Program-made: the position numbers and the translations under genes | Part shown: positions 62,449-64,000 of the stretch, piece after piece | Layout of the letters: every line of letters begins with the position of its first letter | How positions within the stretch are numbered: the stretch's first letter is position 1 | The notes under the pieces: generated by a model | Told to the model about the DNA's origin: nothing | The model's database searches: none | The model's input: only the letters and a program-made list of their open reading frames with translations | Origin: Penicillus capitatus | Lineage: Eukaryota; Plantae; Chlorophyta | Reading direction: 5' to 3' | Length of the DNA: 64,000 bases | Assembly: GCA_965649825.1 (NCBI GenBank) | Contig: OZ287701.1 | Span: forward strand, 51,101 to 115,100

Positions 62449-64000
62449 TTGAAGCACAGTCTCAGAGAGAAAGGAGAGCATTGCGCACCAGATGCCGGCG
62501 TATTCCTCATTCTGGTGCAGTGGATCGTCTACGAGATCAAACATCAAATTGCCAAGTTGCGGAAGATCCCCGTAGAGTCTGAGATTCCTGAGTACTCGGC
62601 CGTCGAGGGCTGAATAGAAGAAATAACTACACAACAAAGCTTTTTTCCTTTCCAAGCTGAGCTCCAAGACCGAGCTCAATGATTGAAGCTGTGACGTGAC
62701 TTTCTTGATGTTCTCTGCTATGAAATTGACACACAGGTTTGCACATCCTTTGAAGAGTGCTACTTGTTCTGCGAAACAGTTTTTTAAGTTAACGTGACGA
62801 AAATGCTGCCCCTCGCGTCGTCGGTGGAATTGGATGGAGACTTCAATATGACGCAGCCGCATTGCACCGCAAGCGGCATCATGAGGATGAAAGTCCCCAA
62901 CAAGATTGAATGCAAGTGTGTGTCTATACTCTCTGTTAAGGCAACGGCGGCAAAGGGCAACTACATACAGCGCTGTCGCATAATCTCTATTTAGGTTAAT
63001 GAAATGCAGCGCTCTATCCACGACTCGCGCAGCTACTATGAACCGTAGGAGCTCTTTGAAGTGTTCTGTGCTTGTTCTTGCTGCCAACGGTGTCTCGCAG
63101 TTGATCAGGAGCGACTTTTGCTCCGTGGACATCGAGGTCGCGATGTCGTCGATTCCGATGAGCACAGCTTACATGCTTGTCGCGAAAGGCTCTAGAAGGC
63201 CATTGTGTACAGAATGGTTTTGAATATGAGAAACCTATGTGACGTCAGACGAGGTAGGTCAGTTCTGAGAGCGTCGTGAACAAACGTTTCTTAACAAACT
63301 ACATTTGTGGTGATCAAACAGATGTGTCAGTCTCCGTGGATGTTGTCCAGTTAAACATTGTCTACCAAGGCGATGATCAGAATCTAGTCGTTGCCCCAGT
63401 CAATTCAGCACTCTTCCCAATTCGTGAACAAATCTTTCTATTCCTCGCTGAAGCAGAGGCGATCTTTGTGATAAAACACTCTCCAAAGAGATCGCGTAAC
63501 AGACTGCGACAATACCTACCAGGCATGATCTGACAACGCTCCGAAGACGAACTGAACGCATAGAGCGAGCGCGAAGTCTGTTGATGCCGTGTTTGATACG
63601 AGAGTTAGAATTTTAGTCCACAACGATGCTGAGCATTACACAGTTCGACAGCATGATTGCAATGGAAATGTTCCAGATTGTTTCATGGCCGAGTGAACAA
63701 GAGAGACGAAATACGGTTCATGGAATCGCCCATATGTTCGTCCCGTGTCCACGCACAAAATGGCGATCATCAAACCTTGCAATGCAGTAGACCATCGTGC
63801 GACTGAACGAGCAAAACCCCTTTGGTTTCAAAAATTCATGACCGAGTGAACAGGCAAACGCAACGATCCAGGAAAACGCCGATGCGTGGCTACCGTGTCC
63901 ACAAACGAAAAAACAACAACCTCCGTGTTTGCAAATTGGTAACCCCCCGAAACAGAATTCAATTTTGAATTCAGGTCGCCCAGAACGCACCCCGAAGTGC

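Overview
This window is from a very compact, intron-rich eukaryotic genome, almost certainly a chlorophyte green alga. Evidence: plastid genes (MGDG synthase, FLU, BADC, TL17), flagellar genes (IFT56, p28/DNALI1, centrin), introns of about 42-70 nt with weak GT donors, a few GC-AG introns, and the standard genetic code. About 30 spliced genes are packed with spacers as short as 21-64 nt, interrupted by one ~7 kb gene-poor, repeat-rich island (43.3-50.4 kb). The top finding is a six-exon gene at 35149-35967 (minus) that the ORF track does not show. Spliced by hand, it gives a 190-aa homologue of the T4-type phage prohead (capsid maturation) serine protease gp21, with His/Ser/Asp triad positions intact and an Arg-rich, organelle-transit-like N-terminus. 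It lies head-to-head with FLU and no other phage gene is nearby, which suggests a domesticated phage protease. Other highlights: an in-frame PPCDC(HAL3)-PRMT1 fusion; a USP7/UBP12-derived MATH-UBL-UBL protein whose protease domain is missing and which ends in an MDM2-type RING; a MAPK with an S-Q-Y activation loop; candidate bicistronic gene pairs; an over-represented, orientation-independent intronic 10-mer (GTGATGTGAC); and a CGATCG motif in ultra-short bidirectional promoters. All gene models are manual splicing inferences and all family assignments come from remembered motifs. No database search was run.
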